Shown here piece after piece: positions 1 to 7,450 of a DNA stretch of 13,773 bases. Both the position numbers and the translations under genes were made by a program. Within the stretch, counting starts at the first letter, position 1; each line of letters begins with the position of its first letter. The notes beneath the pieces were generated by a model. The model was not told the DNA's origin and did not search any database. It saw nothing but the letters and a program-made list of their open reading frames with translations. Origin of the DNA: Deferribacterales bacterium (GTDB lineage: Bacteria; Chrysiogenota; Deferribacteres; Deferribacterales; Geovibrionaceae); contig JBFWLW010000022.1 in NCBI GenBank assembly GCA_050251945.1, positions 1-13,773 of the forward strand. The letters run 5' to 3'.

Positions 1-68
1 TGTGTTCTACCACCTTGTTCATATGCAGCCAAGGCTCGCTGTCGGGTATCTTTGCTTGCATGTTTCAT
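1..68 (-). CDS. 5' fragment of a probable IS630-family transposase (N-terminal HTH), running off the window edge
   Basis: Not in the ORF track. The minus strand from ATG at 68 reads MKHASKDTRQRALAAYEQGGRT and is open to the edge. It resembles the IS630 N-terminal pattern M-x(2-3)-S-x-D-x-R-x-R-(A/V)-L-A-A-x-E-x-G. It starts immediately after the LysR stop codon. Confidence 0.6.
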   Translation of the reverse strand, partial: MKHASKDTRQRALAAYEQGGRT

Positions 69-123
69 TCATAATATATCGAACAAATCATAATATACGT
101 TAATTATTTCGTGATATGCTCTA
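1..123 (-). mobile_element. Putative left end of an IS630-like insertion sequence (TA target inside CTAG at 121-124)
   Basis: Minus strand C-TA|GAGCATATCACGAAATAATTAACG lies about 53 nt upstream of the transposase-like ATG. IS630 elements insert at TA, often within CTAG. The partner end is outside the window, so the boundary is inferred. Confidence 0.45.
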
Positions 124-1028
124 GCTCTCCCCGCTGTAAGTTTCCGGCAGAAATCAACAAAGGCGTTTACTTTTGCATCGGGATACCTGCTTGACGGATA
201 TGTTGCATAAAGGGGAAACGTTTCATCACGCCAATCCGGAAAAAGCTCAATCAGACTACCGCTGTTCAGATAACTCTCTATCCCAAGCTCCATCATTTGC
301 GCAATTCCGACCCCAGCAAGACAGGATTCCAGCATCGTCCCAACGTCCGTAACCGTCAGACGCCCCGACGTTTCCGCTTCAACGACCTCCCCTTTCTTTC
401 TGAATTCCCACTGGAAAGGTCTGCCAGTCTGCGGGTCAAGATACTGTATACACTCGTGTCTTAACAGTTCTTCCGGCGTCTGCGGTCTCCCGCATCGTTG
501 GATATAAGCAGGCGAAGCCACCGTTACTATCCGCGTTGAAAGCAGAAACCGCATAATGTAAGACGAATCTCTATGCTCCCCGAATCTGACAGCAACGTCC
601 ACTTCGTCGGCTATGAGGTCACCCATAATATCCCCGGTAACTATATTCACCGATAATTCCGGATAAGTTTCCATAAATTCGCTGAGTTTCGGAGCCAGAA
701 CCAGTCGTGAAAAAAAAGGATCTACGTTAACCTTAAGAAGCCCCTGCACCTTTCCGGCTCTTGCTGAAACGGATGCAATGACGTTTTCAAGTTTTAAAAG
801 CTGAGGAGCGGATGCGTTGTAAAACACATCGCCAGCCTCCGTAAGGTTCATGGTTCGGGTGGTTCTGTTGATCAGATTCACCCCCACCCTTTCCTCTATG
901 CGGGCGATGGCGCGGCTCACACCGGAAGGTGTGAGACCGAGAAGCCTCCCCGCCTTTGCAAAACTCCTGCATTCTGCCACGGCAATGAATGTTCCGATAT
1001 CTGCCAGCACACGGTTGTCATACTGCAT
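69..1028 (-). CDS. LysR-family transcriptional regulator (CrgA/DmlR-like)
   Basis: N-terminal LysR HTH (FIAVAECRSFAKAGRLLGLTPSGVSRAIARIEERVGVNLINRTTRTMNLTEAG) and a CrgA-like substrate-binding domain (DVAVRFG, VASPAYI, GRPQTPEELLRHECI). SD-like AGGTGAG upstream. Divergent from an oxidoreductase gene. Confidence 0.96.
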   Translation of the reverse strand: MQYDNRVLADIGTFIAVAECRSFAKAGRLLGLTPSGVSRAIARIEERVGVNLINRTTRTMNLTEAGDVFYNASAPQLLKLENVIASVSARAGKVQGLLKVNVDPFFSRLVLAPKLSEFMETYPELSVNIVTGDIMGDLIADEVDVAVRFGEHRDSSYIMRFLLSTRIVTVASPAYIQRCGRPQTPEELLRHECIQYLDPQTGRPFQWEFRKKGEVVEAETSGRLTVTDVGTMLESCLAGVGIAQMMELGIESYLNSGSLIELFPDWRDETFPLYATYPSSRYPDAKVNAFVDFCRKLTAGRARAYHEIINVYYDLFDIL

Positions 1029-1138
1029 ATCTCACCTATTTATGATTATTTCGCACTAATAAATTGATATTATATATATTTAATCATTTATATCCAGATG
1101 ATATTTTCGTGGCATAAACATCATTCAGGAGGAAACAC

Positions 1139-2680
1139 ATGTATGCCATAACAGGAGTTACCGGACAGGTCGGCGCAATTGTTGCAAAAACGCTGCTTAA
1201 CGAGGGACATAAAGTCAGAGCAGTGGTTCGCAATGAGGAAAAAGGTCAAATTTGGAAAAATATGGGGTGCGAAACTGCCTGTGCAGATATCACGGATTCA
1301 GAAGCATTTGCGGAGGCAATTTCTGATGCCGAAGGTGTCTTCATTCTCATTCCGCCTCTGTTCGACCCGAAACCCGGATTTCCGGAAATAGCTCAGATAA
1401 TTGCGGCTTTGAAAAAGGCACTGACAAAAGCAAAACCGCAGAAAATCGTCATGCTTTCAACCATCGGTGCGCAATGCGAAACAGAGAATCTGCTCACTCA
1501 GCTAGGTATGGCAGAGAAGGAGCTCGGTTCGCTTCCAATGCCGACAGCTTTTCTCCGTGCGGGCTGGTTTATGGAAAATGCCGCATTTGACATTCAGGAC
1601 GCAGAGAGCAAAGGCTGTATTAACACTTTTATCAGACCTGCAAATAAAAAGCTTCCGATGGTCTCCGTTGGTGACGTCGGCAGGACTGCTGCCGCACTGC
1701 TGACGGAAAAATGGGAATCAAAACGAATCATAGAGCTTGAGGGACCGGAACCTTACGCACCGCAGGACATTGCCGCTGCTTTTTCTCAATTTCTTGGAAA
1801 AAAAGTGGAAGTTAAAGAGATATCCCGTTTTGATTGGGAAAAAACATTCATGGAACAGGGGATGAAAAATCCCTCAATGCGTATCAGGATGCTGGACGGA
1901 TTTAACGAGGGCTGGATAAAATTCCAGTCATACGGCTGCGAACACAGGACGGGAACAATTACAGTCAGTCAGGCTATTGAAAAAATGATCAGAAAAAAAT
2001 CCGCGTTGATAATCGGTGCTTCCAGAGGTCTTGGACTTGCCATGACGGAAGAATATCTTAAAAGGGGCTGGGATGTCACTGCAACCGTGCGAACCGAAAG
2101 TTCAGGAAAGCTTAATGAACTGCAAAAGATTTCCGGAAACAGGCTCAGCATCGCAAAATTGGACACAACCGATGAAAACGACCTGAATAGTCTCCACAAA
2201 AGCATTGGGAAGGAAAAATTTGACGTAATGATCGTTAACGCCGGAATATCAGGTTCAGTGGAATTGCCTGCCGAAGAGGTGTCCAACGAAGAGTTTTACA
2301 AAGTGATGCTCACGAACGCACTGTCGCCAATCAGGATCATATCAAAAATGCTTGAATGCGTCAGACAGGACGGGACGGCTGCCGTTATGTCATCCGAGCT
2401 GGGAAGCATTGCGGATAACTCCGACGGCGGATGGGAAATTTACCGTATGAGCAAAGCGGCTCTGAATATGGGAATGCGGAGTTTTGTCACCAGACACCCG
2501 AAAAACAAAAGAACCCTGCTTGCAATAGCTCCCGGATGGGTAAAAACAGATATGGGAGGCGAAGATGCCCTTTTAACCATTGAAGAAAGCATTCCGCGAG
2601 TAATAGACATGATAAATTTCAGAAACGGCACAGAAGGTTTAAGGTTTGTAAATTATCAGAACCGGATACTGCCCTGGTAA
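1139..2680 (+). CDS. Fusion protein: N-terminal NmrA-like atypical SDR (aa ~1-282) plus C-terminal classical SDR of the CsgA/C-factor-like group (aa ~283-513)
   Basis: Two Rossmann glycine motifs: ITGVTGQVG at the N-terminus and IIGASRGLG at about aa 290. The second half has NAG, SSELGS, catalytic YRMSK, PGWVKTDMGG and a ..LPW end. SD AGGAGG before ATG 1139. Confidence 0.9.
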   Translation: MYAITGVTGQVGAIVAKTLLNEGHKVRAVVRNEEKGQIWKNMGCETACADITDSEAFAEAISDAEGVFILIPPLFDPKPGFPEIAQIIAALKKALTKAKPQKIVMLSTIGAQCETENLLTQLGMAEKELGSLPMPTAFLRAGWFMENAAFDIQDAESKGCINTFIRPANKKLPMVSVGDVGRTAAALLTEKWESKRIIELEGPEPYAPQDIAAAFSQFLGKKVEVKEISRFDWEKTFMEQGMKNPSMRIRMLDGFNEGWIKFQSYGCEHRTGTITVSQAIEKMIRKKSALIIGASRGLGLAMTEEYLKRGWDVTATVRTESSGKLNELQKISGNRLSIAKLDTTDENDLNSLHKSIGKEKFDVMIVNAGISGSVELPAEEVSNEEFYKVMLTNALSPIRIISKMLECVRQDGTAAVMSSELGSIADNSDGGWEIYRMSKAALNMGMRSFVTRHPKNKRTLLAIAPGWVKTDMGGEDALLTIEESIPRVIDMINFRNGTEGLRFVNYQNRILPW

Positions 2681-2681
2681 T

Positions 2682-2722
2682 AAAAAAACTGCCGCTGTTT
2701 AATGCGGCGGCAGTTTAATTTT
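2682..2722. terminator. Bidirectional intrinsic terminator between the SDR fusion gene and lolA
   Basis: AAACTGCCGCTG (2686-2697) pairs with CGGCGGCAGTTT (2705-2716). An A-tract precedes the stem and TTTAATTTT follows it. It lies between convergent stop codons. Confidence 0.85.
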
Positions 2723-2725
2723 GCA

Positions 2726-3319
2726 TCATTGATTGAATATTTGTGTGTCCTTCGGAACTGCGGGGTTAAATATACTGTCCGCAATATCTGGGTCAGTTTT
2801 GATATTGGTAAGCAATATGCTGGTGTTGTTGCCGTTCTGATCTTTGGTCGTGATACCCGTAACGACTCCGTTCTTAACGGTAAAAGTGATGGCGCCGATG
2901 CCGGAGTCCTTTTTAACAGGCGTAAGCGTAAGCCTGTCGGTAGCGTCGTTAAATGTGGCGGTAAAATCCTTTCTCATGTCTCCGGGATTATACATAAGTC
3001 TCATGAAAGCGTTCGATGTGGGGTCAAGCTTCTGCTTTACAAGCTGTTTGGTTTCACTGTCATAAAACTGCATCATTTTAGCATCGAAAAGATAGAACTG
3101 TCTGTAGGGTTTCTGGTAATCCCAAAGAGCCTTGCTTCTGCTTTTGATATACAGTTTTCCCGAATAAGTATCAGCACCGAAACCCTCAAGTTCGGTCTTC
3201 TGCACAAAATCCGCCGAATAACTCTTTATTTTATCAAGCGCGGCGATCACGCTTTCAACCGTTTCCGCATAGCATGTTACGGATATCATTATCATAAGCA
3301 GCAGCATTATTTTCTTCAT
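2726..3319 (-). CDS. lolA: Outer-membrane lipoprotein carrier protein LolA family
   Basis: Signal peptide MKKIMLLLMIMISVTCYA; LolA-like motifs SYSADFVQ, SGKLYIK, LWDYQKPYRQ, FYDSETKQL, DQNGNNTSI and IFNPAVPKD. Start placed at ATG 3319 behind SD GAGGTG rather than at the track's 3331. Confidence 0.88.
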   Translation of the reverse strand: MKKIMLLLMIMISVTCYAETVESVIAALDKIKSYSADFVQKTELEGFGADTYSGKLYIKSRSKALWDYQKPYRQFYLFDAKMMQFYDSETKQLVKQKLDPTSNAFMRLMYNPGDMRKDFTATFNDATDRLTLTPVKKDSGIGAITFTVKNGVVTGITTKDQNGNNTSILLTNIKTDPDIADSIFNPAVPKDTQIFNQ

Positions 3320-3344
3320 CTGACACCTCAATGTATAAGTATTG

Positions 3345-3373
3345 ACTATATAACCAAACTTTTGTTCTGTAAA
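3345..3373 (-). promoter_or_regulatory. Candidate sigma70 promoter of lolA
   Basis: Minus strand TTTACA-N17-TATAGT, 25 nt upstream of the proposed start codon. Confidence 0.5.
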
Positions 3374-3597
3374 GACAAATAGACCTCGATACTATTAACC
3401 GTAAAACCCTTTATTATAAAACTGATACAAATAATATCCGACTGTATTATAATGTTTCCATATAGATGATAACAGTTCTATCTAATTTAATAACTAAAAA
3501 TATATTTTAATACTGATACCAAATAAAAAATGCATATATAACATAGTTTACAATACATATACCATAGAACCCCTGATTATAATGGGATTTTAGACTA

Positions 3598-3626
3598 TTG
3601 ACATTTTAGATATGCCGTTATATTAT
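3598..3626 (+). promoter_or_regulatory. Sigma70 promoter of pyc
   Basis: TTGACA (3598-3603)-N17-TATTAT (3621-3626). It overlaps the track's ATG 3612, which supports the downstream start at 3657. Confidence 0.75.
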
Positions 3627-3656
3627 CCGAGCAGAAGTACACAACAGGGAGTAAAT

Positions 3657-6600
3657 ATGAGAATTAAAAAGCTTATGTCTGCCAACAGAGGCGAAATAGC
3701 CATCCGTACGTTCAGAGCCTGCACGGAACTCGGTATAAGAACGGTTGCTGTGTATTCTGACGAGGACAAATACTCTCTGCACAGATACAAGGCGGACGAG
3801 GCATATCTCATCGGCAAAGGACTCGACCCAGTTGCCGCATACCTCAACATGGACGAGATGATTCAGCTCGCCATCCATAAAAAAATTGACGCAATCCACC
3901 CGGGCTACGGTTTCCTTTCGGAAAATGCCGTCTTTGCACAGAAATGCAGGGATGCAGGTATCATTTTCGTCGGACCCAATCCTGAAACCATCGACATGTT
4001 CGGCGACAAGAAGAATGCAAAAATACTGGCGAAAGAGTGCGGAATTCCCGTTATAGAAGGTTCTGCAGGTGTTGTCCCCTCTCTTGATGAAGCCATAAAG
4101 ACATCGGAAACCATAGGTTATCCTGTGCTTATAAAGGCTGTGGCGGGCGGCGGCGGACGCGGTATACGCGTTGCTCTGAACCGCAAGGACGTTGAGGACA
4201 ACTTTGAATCCGCCAGAAGCGAGGCTCTGAAAGCATTCGGCAACGGCGACGTCATCATAGAGAAATATTTAGAACAGCCCAAACATATAGAGGTTCAGCT
4301 TCTCGCCGACAAACACGGCAGCATAGTCCACCTTTTCGAGCGCGACTGCTCAATCCAGCGCCGTCACCAGAAGCTCATCGAAATAGCGCCCTCTGTCAAC
4401 GTGGCACAGTCAACTCTGGATAAAATGTATGAAGCAGCCATAGCAATCGGCAAACGTTCAAGACTGGTGAACGCTGCCACCGTTGAATTTCTCGTTGATA
4501 AAAATCAGGATTTCTATTTCCTTGAGGTCAACCCCAGACTTCAGGTCGAACACACCATAACAGAGAACATAACAGGCATAGACATAGTTCAAAGCCAGAT
4601 ATTTGTGAGCTCCGGCGAGCCTTTAAGCTCGTCACACATAGACATGACGTCACAGGACACAATCCGTAAGAACGGATATGCCATCCAGTGCCGTGTCACA
4701 ACAGAAGACCCCGAAAACAACTTCTTTCCCGACACAGGGGAGATAGAAGCATACAGAGTTGCCACAGGGTTCGGCGTGCGGCTGGATGCCGGTAATGGTT
4801 TTGCAAACGCCAAAATATCACCTCACTATGACTCCCTCTTGGTGAAGGTATCCACCCACGCCCACTCTTTCGACCAGTCAGTAATGAAAATGGTCAGAGC
4901 GCTCAGTGAGTTTCGTATCAGAGGTGTTAAAACGAACATCCCGTTCCTGCAGAACGTGCTTAGCCATCACAGTTTCCGTGACGGTTCCGCATCGACCACA
5001 TTTGTGGACAATACAAAAGAGCTTTTTGAATTCAAAAGACCCATGGACAGAGCCACAAAATCGCTGAAATTTCTTGCAAACAATATCGTGAACAATCCGT
5101 CGGGTTCCGCGCTGTCCAAAGGCATGGTGCTTCCGGCGATAAATCCTCCCAGAGTTCCGTTCGGCACAGAAATGCCCACAGGAACCAAGGACATACTGAA
5201 CCGCAAAGGCGTCGAAGGCGTTTTGCAGCATCTGCGTACGTCCAAAGAAGCGCTGTTCACAGACACCACCTTCCGCGACGCGCATCAGTCGCTTCTGGCG
5301 ACACGTCTGCGCACCAAGGATATGCTTGAGATAGCTGACGTATACGCACACAACATGAGCGGACTTTTCTCAATGGAGATGTGGGGCGGCGCAACATACG
5401 ACGTTTCCTACAGGTTTCTGAAAGAATCACCTTGGGACAGACTGGCTCAGCTGCGCGAACGCATCCCGAATATCCTGTTTCAGATGCTTCTGCGCGCATC
5501 CAACGCTGTGGGGTATACTAACTACCCGGACAACGTGGTAAAAGAGTTCATCCGTCTCGCCTGCGAAAACGGAATGGATATTTTCCGCATATTCGACTGC
5601 TTCAACTGGGTTGACCAGATGAAACCTGCCATTGCCGAGGTGAAAAAACACGGACGCATAGCGGAGGCGGCAATATGCTACACAGGTGACATCACAGACC
5701 CGAAACGCACTAAATATTCACTTAAATACTACACATCACTCGCCAAAGAACTTTCAGAGGCGGGAACCGATATAATAGGCATAAAGGATATGGCAGGACT
5801 GCTTAAACCTTATGCCGCAAAGGCACTTATCAAAGCCATTAAAGAAGAGACAGGGCTTCCGGTGCATTTTCATACCCACAACACCAGCGGCAACGCCGAA
5901 GCGGCAACCCTGATGGCATTTGAGGCGGGCGCAGACATAATTGACGCGGCAGTAAGCGCCATGAGCGGACTGACCAGCCAGCCGAACATGAACTCCATTA
6001 TGGCAGCTCTGGACGGACAGCCCAAAACTTCATCTCTGAATAAGCATACAACACAGCAGGTCTCGGACTATTTCGACCGAGTGCGCAGATATTACTTCCC
6101 GTTTGAATCGGGACTTAAGGCTTCCACTGCGGAAGTATACATTCACGAGATTCCCGGCGGACAGTATTCAAATCTGCTGGTTCAGGTGGAGGCGATGGGT
6201 CTCATCGACAGATGGGAAGAGGTTCGCCACATGTATGCAAACGTTAACGAAGAACTCGGCGACATCATCAAAGTTACCCCTTCGTCAAAGGTGGTGGGCG
6301 ATCTGGCGCTGTTTCTCGTGCGCAATAACCTGACAGTGGACGACATCTATACAAAAGGCGAAACACTCAACTTCCCCGACTCTGTCGTGTCCTTCTTCAA
6401 AGGAATGCTGGGACAGCCCTACGGCGGTTTCCCAAAAGAGCTCCAGAGTATTGTGCTGAAAGGTGAAAAACCTCTGGACTGCCGCCCCGGAGAACTGCTT
6501 GAAGATTACGATTTTGAAAAGGCTCACATCGAGCTTAAGGCAAAATTCGGTCGCGACTTCACACCGGAGGAACAGATATCAAACGCTCTGTATCCTGCAG

Positions 6601-7091
6601 TGTTCAAGGACTACGTCACATTCGTGAACGAATACGGCGACGCCTCTGTTTTCGAGACAAAGGACTATTTCTACCCGCTCCGCAAAGAGCAGGAGATAGA
6701 AGTCGATATCGAAGAGGGAAAAACTCTCATAATCAGATACGTAAATATCAGCGAGCCGGACGAGAAGGGACGCAGAAAAGTATATTTTGAGCTGAACGGT
6801 CAGCCGCGTTCCGTGATGGTTAAGGACGACACGCTGGCGTCCATAATCAAATCCAACGCCAAAGGCGACATTGCAAACCCGAAGGACGTGTGTGCGACAA
6901 TGCCCGGCAAAATAACAAAAATGAACGTGAAAAAAGGCGATAAAGTTAAGAAAGGCGATATTCTGCTTATCACAGAAGCGATGAAGATGGAAACCAAAAT
7001 TGCGGCTGCCATCGACTCAGTTGCGGAAGACATTCTGCTGTTGGAAGGGGATAAGATCGAGGCGGGCGATCTGCTCATACGCCTTGCCTGA
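3657..7091 (+). CDS. pyc: Pyruvate carboxylase, single-polypeptide form (BC-CT-BCCP)
   Basis: BC domain (ANRGEIAIR, HPGYGFLSEN, GGGGRG, ERDCSIQRRHQK, EVNPRLQVEH), CT domain (DTTFRDAHQSLLATR, WGGATYD, IKDMAGLL, HTH, KVTPSSKVVGD) and biotin site EAMKME. SD AGGGAG before ATG 3657. Confidence 0.98.
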   Translation: MRIKKLMSANRGEIAIRTFRACTELGIRTVAVYSDEDKYSLHRYKADEAYLIGKGLDPVAAYLNMDEMIQLAIHKKIDAIHPGYGFLSENAVFAQKCRDAGIIFVGPNPETIDMFGDKKNAKILAKECGIPVIEGSAGVVPSLDEAIKTSETIGYPVLIKAVAGGGGRGIRVALNRKDVEDNFESARSEALKAFGNGDVIIEKYLEQPKHIEVQLLADKHGSIVHLFERDCSIQRRHQKLIEIAPSVNVAQSTLDKMYEAAIAIGKRSRLVNAATVEFLVDKNQDFYFLEVNPRLQVEHTITENITGIDIVQSQIFVSSGEPLSSSHIDMTSQDTIRKNGYAIQCRVTTEDPENNFFPDTGEIEAYRVATGFGVRLDAGNGFANAKISPHYDSLLVKVSTHAHSFDQSVMKMVRALSEFRIRGVKTNIPFLQNVLSHHSFRDGSASTTFVDNTKELFEFKRPMDRATKSLKFLANNIVNNPSGSALSKGMVLPAINPPRVPFGTEMPTGTKDILNRKGVEGVLQHLRTSKEALFTDTTFRDAHQSLLATRLRTKDMLEIADVYAHNMSGLFSMEMWGGATYDVSYRFLKESPWDRLAQLRERIPNILFQMLLRASNAVGYTNYPDNVVKEFIRLACENGMDIFRIFDCFNWVDQMKPAIAEVKKHGRIAEAAICYTGDITDPKRTKYSLKYYTSLAKELSEAGTDIIGIKDMAGLLKPYAAKALIKAIKEETGLPVHFHTHNTSGNAEAATLMAFEAGADIIDAAVSAMSGLTSQPNMNSIMAALDGQPKTSSLNKHTTQQVSDYFDRVRRYYFPFESGLKASTAEVYIHEIPGGQYSNLLVQVEAMGLIDRWEEVRHMYANVNEELGDIIKVTPSSKVVGDLALFLVRNNLTVDDIYTKGETLNFPDSVVSFFKGMLGQPYGGFPKELQSIVLKGEKPLDCRPGELLEDYDFEKAHIELKAKFGRDFTPEEQISNALYPAVFKDYVTFVNEYGDASVFETKDYFYPLRKEQEIEVDIEEGKTLIIRYVNISEPDEKGRRKVYFELNGQPRSVMVKDDTLASIIKSNAKGDIANPKDVCATMPGKITKMNVKKGDKVKKGDILLITEAMKMETKIAAAIDSVAEDILLLEGDKIEAGDLLIRLA

Positions 7092-7123
7092 TCCGGTACT
7101 GCTCAAACGCCGCATAAAATAGG

Positions 7124-7152
7124 AAAAGCCCGTCTTTGTGACGGGCTTTTTT
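7124..7152 (+). terminator. Intrinsic terminator of pyc (possibly bidirectional)
   Basis: AAAAGCCCGTC-TTTGT-GACGGGCTTTTTT, 32 nt after the pyc stop codon. Confidence 0.9.
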
Positions 7153-7172
7153 CATATGTTGCGCAAAAATGC

Positions 7173-7247
7173 GAGATCGCGTCGTCGCATACGCTCCTCG
7201 CGAAGACAAAACCGTCTCTGCGAGAAGCATGGCGACGAAGCAGTCTC
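7173..7247. repeat. Inverted dimer of ~35-bp REP-like palindromic units (resembling CGTC/TGTC-tagged repeats)
   Basis: Unit 1 GAGATCGCGTCGTCGCATACGCTCCTCGCGAAGAC (7173-7207) aligns with the reverse complement of unit 2 (7214-7247), GAGACTGCTTCGTCGCCATGCTTCTCGCAGAGAC. Both resemble the widespread GTCATTGCGAG...GCGACGAAGCAATC repeat type. Confidence 0.75.
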
Positions 7248-7284
7248 ATTGGATTTCATCAAAATTGAGTTTGTCAACAAACTG

Positions 7285-7310
7285 AGCCCGTCACAAAGAC
7301 GGGCTTTTTT
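7285..7310 (+). terminator. Second terminator hairpin, an inverted copy of the pyc terminator
   Basis: AGCCCGTC-ACAAA-GACGGGCTTTTTT. Positions 7285-7308 are the exact reverse complement of 7124-7147. Confidence 0.75.
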
Positions 7311-7450
7311 GTTTCTTTTATTATATTATTGCTTAAACTCGAGCAGTTTAAGGCGCCGGATAAAAAATTATTCGCAGTGTATATTGAAATACATGAGAAC
7401 GATTTTTTTATCCGGCAACGCAAAAATGCGAAGTGGAATAAACAATGATA

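Noticed and set aside
1029..1138. Specific LysR T-N11-A box in the divergent promoter
   Set aside because: A site is expected, but the region is so AT-rich that many T-N11-A matches occur and none can be singled out.
2702..3382. 226-aa plus-strand ORF
   Set aside because: Antisense shadow of lolA; it starts inside the terminator hairpin and has no recognisable motifs.
3612..3656. Track start of pyc at 3612 (and extended starts at 3331, 8725, 11436, 13489)
   Set aside because: Downstream ATGs have good SD sequences and family-typical N-termini; the 3612 ATG lies inside the promoter spacer.
7092..7450. CRISPR array or tRNA in the palindrome-rich region
   Set aside because: The repeats are mostly inverted, not regularly spaced direct repeats with unique spacers, and no cloverleaf or T-loop motif is evident.
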